Shown: one piece after another, positions 24,023 to 36,383 of the stretch
Layout: each line of letters begins with the position of its first letter
How positions within the stretch are numbered: the first letter of the stretch is position 1
Source: Macrostomum lignano
Taxonomy: Eukaryota
Reading direction: 5' to 3'
NCBI GenBank assembly: GCA_002269645.1
Contig: NIVC01001753.1
Coordinates: forward strand, 177,808 to 241,807
Length of the DNA stretch: 64,000 bases
Made by a program: the position numbers and the translations under genes
Notes under the pieces: model-generated
What the model was told of the DNA's origin: nothing
What the model saw: only the letters and a program-made list of their open reading frames with translations
The model's database searches: none

Positions 24023-27000
24023 CGATTTGTTTTTATTTTAAAATTTTTAAGGGCAAAAGATTTTTAGTTTCTTTTCTCTTTCAAACTCTTATTTTTTGTA
24101 TACCATTAAATTTAATTAACTTGAATTTATTATTCTTTTTATACGTATTTAAAGAGTAACAGTAAATGTTTTAGTGCGGCACGTATGACTGTTAGTGCAA
24201 AAAGTACATTACGATACATGTCGGCAAGCAAGTATTTGGTGTCGGGTCGTCTGAAGGCTGGAATGTAGTTGTAACATATTAAAGAGACGTGGGAAAAGTT
24301 GTCGAGTGTTGGGGAGCGGTGGGGATAGGGGAGCGGGGGTGGGGCGGCCAGCCCCCCACTATTGACTCTGTCAATTCAACCATTCCCGAACCGCGACTGC
24401 TCGACAACCCATTATGGCTATGCAAGCCCAACTCGAAAGGACGAGGAAGACGGCGGATTAATGGTGGTGGCTCTGTCGGCGGTTGTGGGAACTCGAGTTG
24501 CTGCTGGAGGACGGCTGGCCCCGTGACACGAAGCGGGGTGCTCGGCGGGGTTCACGGCTCCTGTCAGCGTTCAGACGGCTAATCACACCCGTCCGCAAGT
24601 GGTGTGAGCGCCGCCTCTAATGGCGGCAGGAACTCCGGCAAGTCGAGGAGGAAATTGTAGCGGGACGTCGCTGGGGCAATTTTATTCTAGTTTACTGTAA
24701 TTGAAGGGGCAACTGACTAAAGGTAGGGCTGACTTGAGTTTAATTTTCCTTTTTTGTAATTTTCTGTATAATTCTTTTTGTAAATATGCTAGCTTTGGCT
24801 GAATGATTTATTAGTGTATATATTATTGTTGAAAAAACCCTTTTTGTGTGTGAATGTTTATAAAATACATAACTTAAACTAACCCGTTCAACTTTTTAAA
24901 TCAACGCAGGCTGCTTTAAGAAAAGGGGGAAATATGGGCAGAGTTCTTTTTTAATCAGGTAGGTGATAGATAGCGTTAATGTAGTTTTTATTAAGAAGAA
25001 AGCAGAATAACTAGCAAAATAACTAGAATACAAGCTCTGTGAGGTACCAAACGGCTTTTGCCACTGGCAATAGGGAGATGGAAGAAAAGTTGAGGTTATT
25101 TTGGTCTTAATCCATCATGCGAAACGGGAGGGGGCTAGGAACAGATCCCAGGGTCAGAGATGTCAGAGATTGCGGAAAAAAACATCGCTGGGCAGGTGAT
25201 AAAGTGGCAGGATAAGGCTGGCCTGGACAGTTTGATTACGGAAAGGATTTTCTCGGTGGAGATAAAGTTGAGTGATGGTTTTAACCAAAAAGGGGGGTTT
25301 CTCGGGGGAAGATTGAGGGAGCACGCGAAGTCTGGCTTACGCAGTTTGCTTAAGATAAGAATGTTTATCAGGGAGCTGAGTAAACAGACAAGAAAATCCG
25401 CAGCATTATGAATGATTTACAGGAAGCTGCCAATAGGATCAGCAATCCGGAAAAAGCTTTGGTCGATAAGAATTTGATGGATGGAGCAGGTAGGCCTTGG
25501 AAACAGTAAATCTTGGGCTTAATCAAGAAAAAATGATGGATGAAGCACGCAGGCTCGGCAAACAGCGAATCTTGGGCTTTAATCAAGGAAGATAATGAAT
25601 GGTCAGGCAAGCAGCCTGTCTGAAAAAAAGCGAAAAAGTTCTTTCTGACAGCAAAAATTGATGGAGCAGGGTTTTCCAGTCAATGTTTGCTCTAGCGATT
25701 TTGTTTGAAGAGTTCGTCAATTTGTGTTTTGCGTTTTCTTTCTTTCTTTCGGGCGTTTAGCGGCGCAGAGGATTTGAGATAAGCCAGTTTTCTGGATGTG
25801 GCCACACTGGGAAAAACCGAGGAGGAAAAACGAATGGCGCAGTCGCTTTGGAGAGTCTCATACTTGTATGGGGAAGTCCAGAACAAACGTTGCTATTCTG
25901 TGGAAAAGTAGTGAAGAAAGAGGCGTCTAACATTGAATAAACTTGAACAATTGATGATGCCGTGGTCTTTGAAAAATCGAAGCTTTGAAGCCTGAACAAT
26001 TGAGGATCCGAATAACTGAATTGAATTTCTGCATTGAAGCTCTGAGGCTTGAGAATAAGAACTCGATATCATACGTTCGACGACGTTTCTTGAATTGAAT
26101 TGAAATTGTAATTGTTCCGGAACGATAATATATAGATTTTTTTTCATGGATCCTTTGAATTTGAAATGACTTGAATCAGGTCTCAGTGCACTGAAAAAAA
26201 CTTAGAACCGATTTGAATTCTGAATTTGAACTTAAGAGCTCGTAATTTACGATTCATTCTTCGAATATGTATTACTGACAGTCTCGAATGTTCAAAGGGG
26301 GAGGGGAGGGGCAGTCCAACCGTTCGCACCCATCAGCCATGCCTATAGCTGTCTACCCCATGCAGGGCATGGCGGCTATTGTGGTGAAAAGCATCGGAGG
26401 AAAAGTACGGTCAGGGAACCAGTGAAATATTTTAAAATATGTTATTGTTCTTCTTCTGGTCTCTCACTTCTATGGCTCTATGTCTATTTCAAATATCAAT
26501 GTGAGAGCCAAATAACTGAGGCGGCGGATTCAACTGACTTTTCCTGATGACGCAAAACACTTGATGGTAACTTACAGACCGTTGTATTTGATGGTCACAA
26601 TTTCGAGATGTTATCTTACAAAATATAATGTCTAAGATGGAATTCCAAATAAGAAGCTCGTTTTGTTCGAGTTCCAAGGGGTTTCCAAGTTTTCGGGTGA
26701 ACCGAAGGTTCAGTCTATTGTGGAACGTGGGTTGGTTGTTGTTTTGGTTTTAGTGAGTCAATTTATCAGTTTTAGTATTTGGGTTGAGACCCTAACTGTG
26801 TCAATCAAAAGTAGTCAGAGTAGGTATGTTAGAATAGCGAGAAGAGAGAAGAGAGGCGAAAGAGAGGCGAGGCAAGGCGAGCTCCTTGCTTGGTTAAAAT
26901 GGGCTTTTATAGTACTTTTCAGTCTTGATCGCATTGGATAGTACATAGCTGCTTTTCATTGGTTGAGGTTGGGGTCGTGTCCCCAGCTTTTGCTAGTTGG

Positions 27001-27056
27001 AGCGCATTCATTGGTTAAAATACATTCAATCTGGATGGGAACTTTCTAGAGCCAAA

Positions 27057-27767
27057 ATGTGTCACTTCATTGAAAATTACGTGGTGCGCAAGCCCACATT
27101 CGATACTGATCGAGAACTGATTAAGATTCGGCGTTTCTACACCGACAAGAAAGGCAACTACAAGCACGGTTTCCAAGGCGTGTTTCTGACTCGCATCGAG
27201 TGGCAGCATCTTAAGCGGGCGCGCTGGATTATTGAGTCTCTGCGGATCCGTGACTACTCTCGTCATGAACGGTTTCAGCTGGGCGAGAGCGGTCGCAAGA
27301 TTCTGGAAGTGAAAAACAACCAGATTTGGCTGCATCGCAACAACCCGGCCGACTCCGACAACGGATGCTGCGATGAGGGCGAGCGCTGGAAATACTCAAT
27401 CAAGTTGAGCATTAAATTGTGGACTGCTCTAATGGATGCTGACGTTGATTCGCTGTTTGTCTCGCAGTCGCCGCCACCGCTGCCAAGACGACGGCTTCAG
27501 AGCCAGCATCGTGGTTCAACGGCAGCAGCAGCAGCAGCAATGATGATAGACGGTAAGGGTAGCCGCTGCCGCCGCAGTGCTGACACCCCGCCGCCGATTG
27601 AACTGCAGCCGCCGCCGGTGAAGAAGCTTCCCACTACGGCTACGGCTGGCAGCGAAGGCGACGGCAGCAGCGGCAACGGCAGCTACAAGTGGTGGTACTC
27701 GTTTCCTCCGGACTCGACTGAGGAATTCCAAGCTATGCCTGGGAGGCGGGGCGCATATATTGGTTAA
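27057..27767 (+). CDS. Tandem PC4-like domain protein, array copy 1
   Basis: Translation matches 6168-6878 except for one T>A change in the Ala run. Confidence 0.6.
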   Translation: MCHFIENYVVRKPTFDTDRELIKIRRFYTDKKGNYKHGFQGVFLTRIEWQHLKRARWIIESLRIRDYSRHERFQLGESGRKILEVKNNQIWLHRNNPADSDNGCCDEGERWKYSIKLSIKLWTALMDADVDSLFVSQSPPPLPRRRLQSQHRGSTAAAAAAMMIDGKGSRCRRSADTPPPIELQPPPVKKLPTTATAGSEGDGSSGNGSYKWWYSFPPDSTEEFQAMPGRRGAYIG

Positions 27768-30496
27768 ACTAAAGGGGAACGGATAAGGCTTGCTACTCCT
27801 ACGCGACTCTGTCAATTCAACCATTCCCGAACCGCGACTGCTCGACAACCCATTATGGCTATGCAAGCCCAACTCGAAAGGACGAGGAAGACGGCGGATT
27901 AATGGTGGTGGCTCTGTCGGCGGTTGTGGGAACTCGAGTTGCTGCTGGAGGACGGCTGGCCCCGTGACACGAAGCGGGGTGCTCGGCGGGGTTCACGGCT
28001 CCTGTCAGCGTTCAGACGGCTAATCACACCCGTCCGCAAGTGGTGTGAGCGCCGCCTCTAATGGTGGCAGGAACTCCGGCAAGTCGAGGAGGAAATTGTA
28101 GCGGGACGTCGCTGGGGCAATTTTATTCTAGTTTACTGTAATTGAAGGGGGCAACTGACTAAAGGTAGGGCTGACTTGAGTTTAATTTTCCTTTTTTGTA
28201 ATTTTCTGTATAATTCTTTTTGTAAATATGCTAGCTTTGGCTGAATGATTTATTAGTGTATATATTATTGTTGAAAAAACCCTTTTTGTGTGTGAATGTT
28301 TATAAAATACATAACTTAAACTAACCCGTTCAACTTTTTAAATCAACGCAGGCTGCTTTAAGAAAAGGGGGAAATATGGGCAGAGTTCTTTTTTAATCAG
28401 GTAGGTGATAGATAGCGTTAATGTAGTTTTTATTAAGAAGAAAGCAGAATAACTAGCAAAATAACTAGAATACAAGCTCTGTGAGGTACCAAACGGCTTT
28501 TGCCACTGGCAATAGGGAGATGGAAGAAAAGTTGAGGTTATTTTGGTCTTAATCCATCATGCGAAACGGGAGGGGGCTAGGAACAGATCCCAGGGTCAGA
28601 GATGTCAGAGATTGCGGAAAAAAACATCGCTGGGCAGGTGATAAAGTGGCAGGATAAGGCTGGCCTGGACAGTTTGATTACGGAAAGGATTTTCTCGGTG
28701 GAGATAAAGTTGAGTGATGGTTTTAACCAAAAAGGGGGTTTCTCGGGGAAGATTGAGGGAGCACGCGAAGTCTGGCTTACGCAGTTTGCTTAAGATAAGA
28801 ATGTTTATCAGGGAGCTGAGTAAACAGACAAGAAAATCCGCAGCATTATGAATGATTTACAGGAAGCTGCCAATAGGATCAGCAATCCGGAAAAAGCTTT
28901 GGTCGATAAGAATTTGATGGATGGAGCAGGTAGGCCTTGGAAACAGTAAATCTTGGGCTTAATCAAGAAAAAATGATGGATGAAGCACGCAGGCTCGGCA
29001 AACAGCGAATCTTGGGCTTTAATCAAGGAAGATAATGAATGGTCAGGCAAGCAGCCTGTCTGAAAAAAAGCGAAAAAGTTCTTTCTGACAGCAAAAATTG
29101 ATGGAGCAGGGTTTTCCAGTCAATGTTTGCTCTAGCGATTTTGTTTGAAGAGTTCGTCAATTTGTGTTTTGCGTTTTCTTTCTTTCTTTCGGGCGTTTAG
29201 CGGCGCAGAGGATTTGAGATAAGCCAGTTTTCTGGATGTGGCCACACTGGGAAAAACCGAGGAGGAAAAACGAATGGCGCAGTCGCTTTGGAGAGTCTCA
29301 TACTTGTATGGGGAAGTCCAGAACAAACGTTGCTATTCTGTGGAAAAGTAGTGAAGAAAGAGGCGTCTAACATTGAATAAACTTGAACAATTGATGATGC
29401 CGCGGTCTTTGAAAAATCGAAGCTTGGAAGCTTGAACAATTGAGGATCCGAATAACTGAATTGAATTTCTGCATTGAAGCTCTGAGGCTTGAGAATAAGA
29501 ACTCGATATCATACGTTCGACGACGTTTCTTGAATTGAATTGAAATTGTAATTGTTCCGGAACGATAATATATAGATTTTTTTTCATGGATCCTTTGAAT
29601 TTGAAATGACTTGAATCAGGTCTCAGTGCACTGAAAAAAACTTAGAACCGATTTGAATTCTGAATTTGAACTTAAGAGCTCGTAATTTACGATTCATTCT
29701 TCGAATATGTATTACTGACAGTCTCGAATGTTCAAAGGGGGAGGGGAGGGGCAGTCCAACCGTTCGCACCCATCAGCCATGCCTATAGCTGTCTACCCCA
29801 TGCAGGGCATGGCGGCTATTGTGGTGAAAAGCATCGGAGGAAAAGTACGGTCAGGGAACCAGTGAAATATTTTAAAATATGTTATTGTTCTTCTTCTGGT
29901 CTCTCACTTCTATGGCTCTATGTCTATTTCAAATATCAATGTGAGAGCCAAATAACTGAGGCGGCGGATTCAACTGACTTTTCCTGATGACGCAAAACAC
30001 TTGATGGTAACTTACAGACCGTTGTATTTGATGGTCACAATTTCGAGATGTTATCTTACAAAATATAATGTCTAAGATGGAATTCCAAATAAGAAGCTCG
30101 TTTTGTTCGAGTTCCAAGGGGTTTCCAAGTTTTCGGGTGAACCGAAGGTTCAGTCTATTGTGGAACGTGGGTTGGTTGTTGTTTTGGTTTTAGTGAGTCA
30201 ATTTATCAGTTTTAGTATTTGGGTTGAGACCCTAACTGTGTCAATCAAAAGTAGTCAGAGTAGGTATGTTAGAATAGCGAGAAGAGAGAAGAGAGGCGAA
30301 AGAGAGGCGAGGCAAGGCGAGCTCCTTGCTTGGTTAAAATGGGCTTTTATAGTACTTTTCAGTCTTGATCGCATTGGATAGTACATAGCTGCTTTTCATT
30401 GGTTGAGGTTGGGGTCGTGTCCCCAGCTTTTGCTAGTTGGAGCGCATTCATTGGTTAAAATACATTCAATCTGGATGGGAACTTTCTAGAGCCAAA

Positions 30497-31207
30497 ATGT
30501 GTCACTTCATTGAAAATTACGTGGTGCGCAAGCCCACATTCGATACTGATCGAGAACTGATTAAGATTCGGCGTTTCTACACCGACAAGAAAGGCAACTA
30601 CAAGCACGGTTTCCAAGGCGTGTTTCTGACTCGCATCGAGTGGCAGCATCTTAAGCGGGCGCGCTGGATTATTGAGTCTCTGCGGATCCGTGACTACTCT
30701 CGTCATGAACGGTTTCAGCTGGGCGAGAGCGGTCGCAAGATTCTGGAAGTGAAAAACAACCAGATTTGGCTGCATCGCAACAACCCGGCCGACTCCGACA
30801 ACGGATGCTGCGATGAGGGCGAGCGCTGGAAATACTCAATCAAGTTGAGCATTAAATTGTGGACTGCTCTAATGGATGCTGACGTTGATTCGCTGTTTGT
30901 CTCGCAGTCGCCGCCACCGCTGCCAAGACGACGGCTTCAGAGCCAGCATCGTGGTTCAACGGCAGCAGCAGCAGCAGCAATGATGATAGACGGTAAGGGT
31001 AGCCGCTGCCGCCGCAGTGCTGACACCCCGCCGCCGATTGAACTGCAGCCGCCGCCGGTGAAGAAGCTTCCCACTACGGCTACGGCTGGCAGCGAAGGCG
31101 ACGGCAGCAGCGGCAACGGCAGCTACAAGTGGTGGTACTCGTTTCCTCCGGACTCGACTGAGGAATTCCAAGCTATGCCTGGGAGGCGGGGCGCATATAT
31201 TGGTTAA
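30497..31207 (+). CDS. Tandem PC4-like domain protein, array copy 2
   Basis: Translation is identical to copy 1. Confidence 0.6.
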   Translation: MCHFIENYVVRKPTFDTDRELIKIRRFYTDKKGNYKHGFQGVFLTRIEWQHLKRARWIIESLRIRDYSRHERFQLGESGRKILEVKNNQIWLHRNNPADSDNGCCDEGERWKYSIKLSIKLWTALMDADVDSLFVSQSPPPLPRRRLQSQHRGSTAAAAAAMMIDGKGSRCRRSADTPPPIELQPPPVKKLPTTATAGSEGDGSSGNGSYKWWYSFPPDSTEEFQAMPGRRGAYIG

Positions 31208-33939
31208 ACTAAAGGGGAACGGATAAGGCTTGCTACTCCTACGCGACTCTGTCAATTCAACCATTCCCGAACCGCGACTGCTCGACAACCCATTATGGCT
31301 ATGCAAGCCCAACTCGAAAGGACGAGGAAGACGGCGGATCAATGGTGGTGGCTCTGTCGGCGGTTGTGGGAACTCGAGTTGCTGCTGGAGGACGGCTGGC
31401 CCCGTGACACGAAGCGGGGTGCTCGGCGGGGTTCACGGCTCCTGTCAGCGTTCAGACGGCTAATCACACCCGTCCGCAAGTGGTGTGAGCGCCGCCTCTA
31501 ATGGTGGCAGGAACTCCGGCAAGTCGAGGAGGAAATTGTAGCGGGACGTCGCTGGGGCAATTTTATTCTAGTTTACTGTAATTGAAGGGGGCAACTGACT
31601 AAAGGTAGGGCTGACTTGAGTTTAATTTTCCTTTTTTGTAATTTTCTGTATAATTCTTTTTGTAAATATGCTAGCTTTGGCTGAATGATTTATTAGTGTA
31701 TATATTATTGTTGAAAAAACCCTTTTTGTGTGTGAATGTTTATAAAATACATAACTTAAACTAACCCGTTCAACTTTTTAAATCAACGCAGGCTGCTTTA
31801 AGAAAAGGGGGAAATATGGGCAGAGTTCTTTTTTAATAAGGTAGGTGATAGATAGCGTTAATGTAGTTTTTATTAAGAAGAAAGCAGAATAACTAGCAAA
31901 ATAACTAGAATACAAGCTCTGTGAGGTACCAAACGGCTTTTGCCACTGGCAATAGGGAGATGGAAGAAAAGTTGAGGTTATTTTGGTCTTAATCCATCAT
32001 GCGAAACGGGAGGGGGCTAGGAACAGATCCCAGGGTCAGAGATGTCAGAGATTGCGGAAAAAAACATCGCTGGGCAGGTGATAAAGTGGCAGGATAAGGC
32101 TGGCCTGGACAGTTTGATTACGGAAAGGATTTTCTCGGTGGAGATAAAGTTGAGTGATGGTTTTAACCAAAAAGGGGGGTTTCTCGGGGGAAGATTGAGG
32201 GAGCACGCGAAGTCTGGCTTACGCAGTTTGCTTAAGATAAGAATGTTTATCAGGGAGCTGAGTAAACAGACAAGAAAATCCGCAGCATTATGAATGATTT
32301 ACAGGAAGCTGCCAATAGGATCAGCAATCCGGAAAAAGCTTTGGTCGATAAGAATTTGATGGATGGAGCAGGTAGGCCTTGGAAACAGTAAATCTTGGGC
32401 TTAATCAAGAAAAAATGATGAATGAAGCACGCAGGCTCGGCAAACAGCGAATCTTGGGCTTTAATCAAGGAAGATAATGAATGGTCAGGCAAGCAGCCTG
32501 TCTGAAAAAAAGCGAAAAAGTTCTTTCTGACAGCAAAAATTGATGGAGCAGGGTTTTCCAGTCAATGTTTGCTCTAGCGATTTTGTTTGAAGAGTTCGTC
32601 AATTTGTGTTTTGCGTTTTCTTTCTTTCTTTCTTTCGGGCGTTTAGCGGCGCAGAGGATTTGAGATAAGCCAGTTTTCTGGATGTGGCCACACTGGGAAA
32701 AACCGAGGAGGAAAAACGAATGGCGCAGTCGCTTTGGAGAGTCTCATACTTGTATGGGGAAGTCCAGAACAAACGTTGCTATTCTGTGGAAAAGTAGTGA
32801 AGAAAGAGGCGTCTAACATTGAATAAACTTGAACAATTGATGATGCCGCGGTCTTTGAAAAATCGAAGCTTTGAAGCCTGAACAATTGAGGATCCGAATA
32901 ACTGAATTGAATTTCTGCATTGAAGCTCTGAGGCTTGAGAATAAGAACTCGATATCATACGTTCGACGACGTTTCTTGAATTGAATTGAAATTGTAATTG
33001 TTCCGGAACGATAATATATAGATTTTTTTTCATGGATCCTTTGAATTTGAAATGACTTGAATCAGGTCTCAGTGCACTGAAAAAAACTTAGAACCGATTT
33101 GAATTCTGAATTTGAACTTAAGAGCTCGTAATTTACGATTCATTCTTCGAATATGTATTACTGACAGTCTCGAATGTTCAAAGGGGGAGGGGAGGGGCAG
33201 TCCAACCGTTCGCACCCATCAGCCATGCCTATAGCTGTCTACCCCATGCAGGGCATGGCGGCTATTGTGGTGAAAAGCATCGGAGGAAAAGTACGGTCAG
33301 GGAACCAGTGAAATATTTTAAAATATGTTATTGTTCTTCTGGTCTCTCACTTCTATGGCTCTATGTCTATTTCAAATATCAATGTGAGAGCCAAATAACT
33401 GAGGCGGCGGATTCAACTGACTTTTCCTGATGACGCAAAACACTTGATGGTAACTTACAGACCGTTGTATTTGATGGTCACAATTTCGAGATGTTATCTT
33501 ACAAAATATAATGTCTAAGATGGAATTCCAAATAAGAAGCTCGTTTTGTTCGAGTTCCAAGGGGTTTCCAAGTTTTCGGGTGAACCGAAGGTTCAGTCTA
33601 TTGTGGAACGTGGGTTGGTTGTTGTTTTGGTTTTAGTGAGTCAATTTATCAGTTTTAGTATTTGGGTTGAGACCCTAACTGTGTCAATCAAAAGTAGTCA
33701 GAGTAGGTATGTTAGAATAGCGAGAAGAGAGAAGAGAGGCGAAAGAGAGGCGAGGCAAGGCGAGCTCCTTGCTTGGTTAAAATGGGCTTTTATAGTACTT
33801 TTCAGTCTTGATCGCATTGGATAGTACATAGCTGCTTTTCATTGGTTGAGGTTGGGGTCGTGTCCCCAGCTTTTGCTAGTTGGAGCGCATTCATTGGTTA
33901 AAATACATTCAATCTGGATGGGAACTTTCTAGAGCCAAA

Positions 33940-34230
33940 ATGTGTCACTTCATTGAAAATTACGTGGTGCGCAAGCCCACATTCGATACTGATCGAGAAC
34001 TGATTAAGATTCGGCGTTTCTACACCGACAAGAAAGGCAACTACAAGCACGGTTTCCAAGGCGTGTTTCTGACTCGCATCGAGTGGCAGCATCTTAAGCG
34101 GGCGCGCTGGATTATTGAGTCTCTGCGGATCCGTGACTACTCTCGTCATGAACGGTTTCAGCTGGGCGAGAGCGGTCGCAAGATTCTGGAAGTGAAAAAC
34201 AACCAGATTTGGCTGCATCGCAACAACCCG

Positions 34231-34266
<36 letters not shown>

Positions 34267-34311
34267 CAAGACGGCTTCGGAGCCAGCATCGTGGTTCAAC
34301 GGCAGCAATGA
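33940..34311 (+). pseudogene. Truncated PC4-like ORF, array copy 3
   Basis: Identical up to HRNNPA, then a (GCC)n run and an early stop. Confidence 0.6.
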
Positions 34312-34419
34312 TGCTGACAGCGAGGGAAGCCGACGCCGCAGTGCCGGCACCAGTGCCGGCACCAGCACCGGCACAGTGCCGCACTGCCAACAGCTGGACC
34401 GATTGGCCGCCGCCATCGC

Positions 34420-34831
34420 ACAGAAGCGTCCGAACCATGGCCCGGTATGATTCCTCCATGATAACGCTCGTCTACACACTGCTAGGGTGACTTGCCAAAA
34501 GCTACTGGACCTTGGCTGGGAATTGGTGCCCCATCCACCATATTCACCAGACTTGGCACCAAGCGACTATCACCTGTTTTTGTCTCTGGCCAACGCCTTG
34601 AACAACAAAACCTTCGCTGATGATGAAGAGCTCGATAACTGGCTGAACAACTTTTTCACTTCAAAGCCAGAGAAATTTTACAGTGACGGTATTATGAGTC
34701 TGCCCGAAAAATGGCAGAAGGTGATCGATTGTGATGGTGATTATTTTATTTCTTAATTGGCTTTTTGTTTAAAAAAACTCAGTTTGACAGAAAGTTCTAG
34801 AAACCGCGGGAACTTTCTCCCCAACCGAATA
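34420..34831 (+). mobile_element. Mariner transposase 3' fragment with right TIR
   Basis: V*FLHDNARLHTA...WELVPHPPYSPDLAPSDYHLF...GIMSLPEKWQKVIDCDGDYF*. TIR AAACCGCGGGAACTTTCTCCCCAACCGAA followed by TA (34801-34831). Confidence 0.92.
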
Positions 34832-34883
34832 TTGTCACCAAAAAGGCTGTCAGAAAAATGTTTTGTCTCCAAAATGTCCAGGG

Positions 34884-36383
34884 CAGTGTTGCCACTACAA
34901 CAACCAAAAAATATTGCAGGATAAGAAAAAAATTGCAGGAACAAATTTTTTGTCATAGAAAAAAAGGCGCCAGTATGCGAAAACAATTTTCTTTTTTAGC
35001 TTTCCATTTCTAATTCCATCTTCTATTTGACCAAAAAGAACTACTACAATTTGCAATAACTGCATGCAACTCTCATTTACACAGAATCACTGAAGTAGTC
35101 ATACAACACAAGCATTTTCTTAAGGGAAGACAGGCATACATACACTCAGCAACAATAGAAACCGCCACCCTACCAAGAGGCGACTTCTCTCTCACCTCAA
35201 TTGCAAATAACATAACTTACGCCACGGCGTGGCTAAAGCTGGATGAGAGTGAATTCCAGTGTAAGAGTACAAAAGGGACAGGTTGGGGTCGGGGGTGCAA
35301 TAGTACATGTGACAATGGTCAGGCATATGACAGACGCTGAACGATAATGCACTGTTGGCATGCTAGATGCTGGTGCATCCATCAGCGCAGTTGCTCACCG
35401 ATTTGGCTGATCACATTCAACAATTCAAGCGCTGTTAATGAAGTCCCAAAATACTGTTTGTGTTCAGCATGTAGCCATAGGTAGCCAGCGCCATGATCTC
35501 CGCGGCTCAATAGCCAGGGCAAATCGACGTCTGTTGTGGATTGTCAGGCAAACTCCAACCACCAGCCATCCTGCTCCGTCTAATTTGGGCTTGGGGTAAA
35601 AGAAGCAGATAGGGCATCCCCTGATTTCCCTCTTCTGCATTCACTCTCACCCAGCTTTAGCCACGCGTGGCATAAGTTATGTCACTTGCAGTTGAAGTGA
35701 GAGAGAAGTCGCCTCTCTTGGTAGGGTGGCAGTTTTGACTATTGCAGAGTGTATAATATAGATTACTAATGTTCATTATGGAACCAACCCAAGTAACCAA
35801 CTAAAACACAAGACGCTACCTATAACCACTGATGAGTAATAACAATTTTACAACTAAATTTCATGCTATATTCCAGTTGTCTGAATCTGTTCTCAATTCT
35901 ATATAGTTGAAATGAATTCTTTTAGTATTTTAATTGTTGATCATATCAGTAATTATAGGGGAAGAAATACTTTTATGTGAATCTTTGTTTGGCTAGTCAA
36001 ACATTAGTTAGGCAAAACTGCAGGCTCTTTAGTGGATATTCATTTTTTCTTTAGAACCTATGGCAGGACAGATCGAGTGCCAAACTCTGCCTGTCTCTTT
36101 CGCCGAGCCATTTTGTCAACAGCTTTCTTCAGTGCTTGCTTGACCGCAGCATGCTTAATCTCCTTTTGCCAAGCTTCAAAACTACAGGCTTGCACAGCCT
36201 CACACTATATTGATGACATTCATGACACTTAAATTGAGCAAAAAAATGAAACACAGTACTCGATAAAAAGCTGAAAGGACTGGTGTCCATAAAAAATTGC
36301 AGGAAACTAGCAAAATGGACAAAATTATCGCTGAGCAATTAAAAATCGCTGAGCAATAAAAAATTGCAGTGGTGACAACACTA
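34884..36383. mobile_element. Non-autonomous hAT element (1500 bp)
   Basis: Ends CAGTGTTGCCAC / GTGACAACACTA. Exact 8-bp TSD GTCCAGGG at 34876-34883 and 36384-36391. Confidence 0.85.
35143..35751 (+). mobile_element. Internally deleted Tc1-like element nested in the hAT
   Basis: ~115-bp TIRs flanked by TA (TA|CACTCAGC...GCAGAGTG|TA). Remnant HTH from 35315 reads MVRHMTDAER*CTVGMLDAGASISAVAHRFG*SHSTI. Confidence 0.85.

Larger units (their letters stand above)
21954..24360. mobile_element. Putative non-autonomous DNA element with ~400-bp degenerate inverted arms
   Basis: The reverse complement of ~22030-22430 aligns with ~23950-24350 (AAGAGTAA..AGTGCGGCA..TGTTAGTGCA..ATTACGATACA.TCGG, plus G-rich blocks). 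Ends read TAGTAGGGG / CCCCCCACTA. No TSD was confirmed. Confidence 0.55.
24364..34230 (+). repeat. Head-to-tail array of a ~3440-bp unit (~2.9 copies), each with the PC4-like ORF
   Basis: GACTCTGTCAATTCAACC at 24364, 27805 and 31245. Units are near-identical, and part of the unit matches the solo copy at ~5543-7152. Confidence 0.97.

Noticed and set aside
25750-26110. Alternative genetic code explaining the in-frame stops
   Set aside because: All three stop codons occur, and neighbouring genes end normally at TAA, TAG or TGA.
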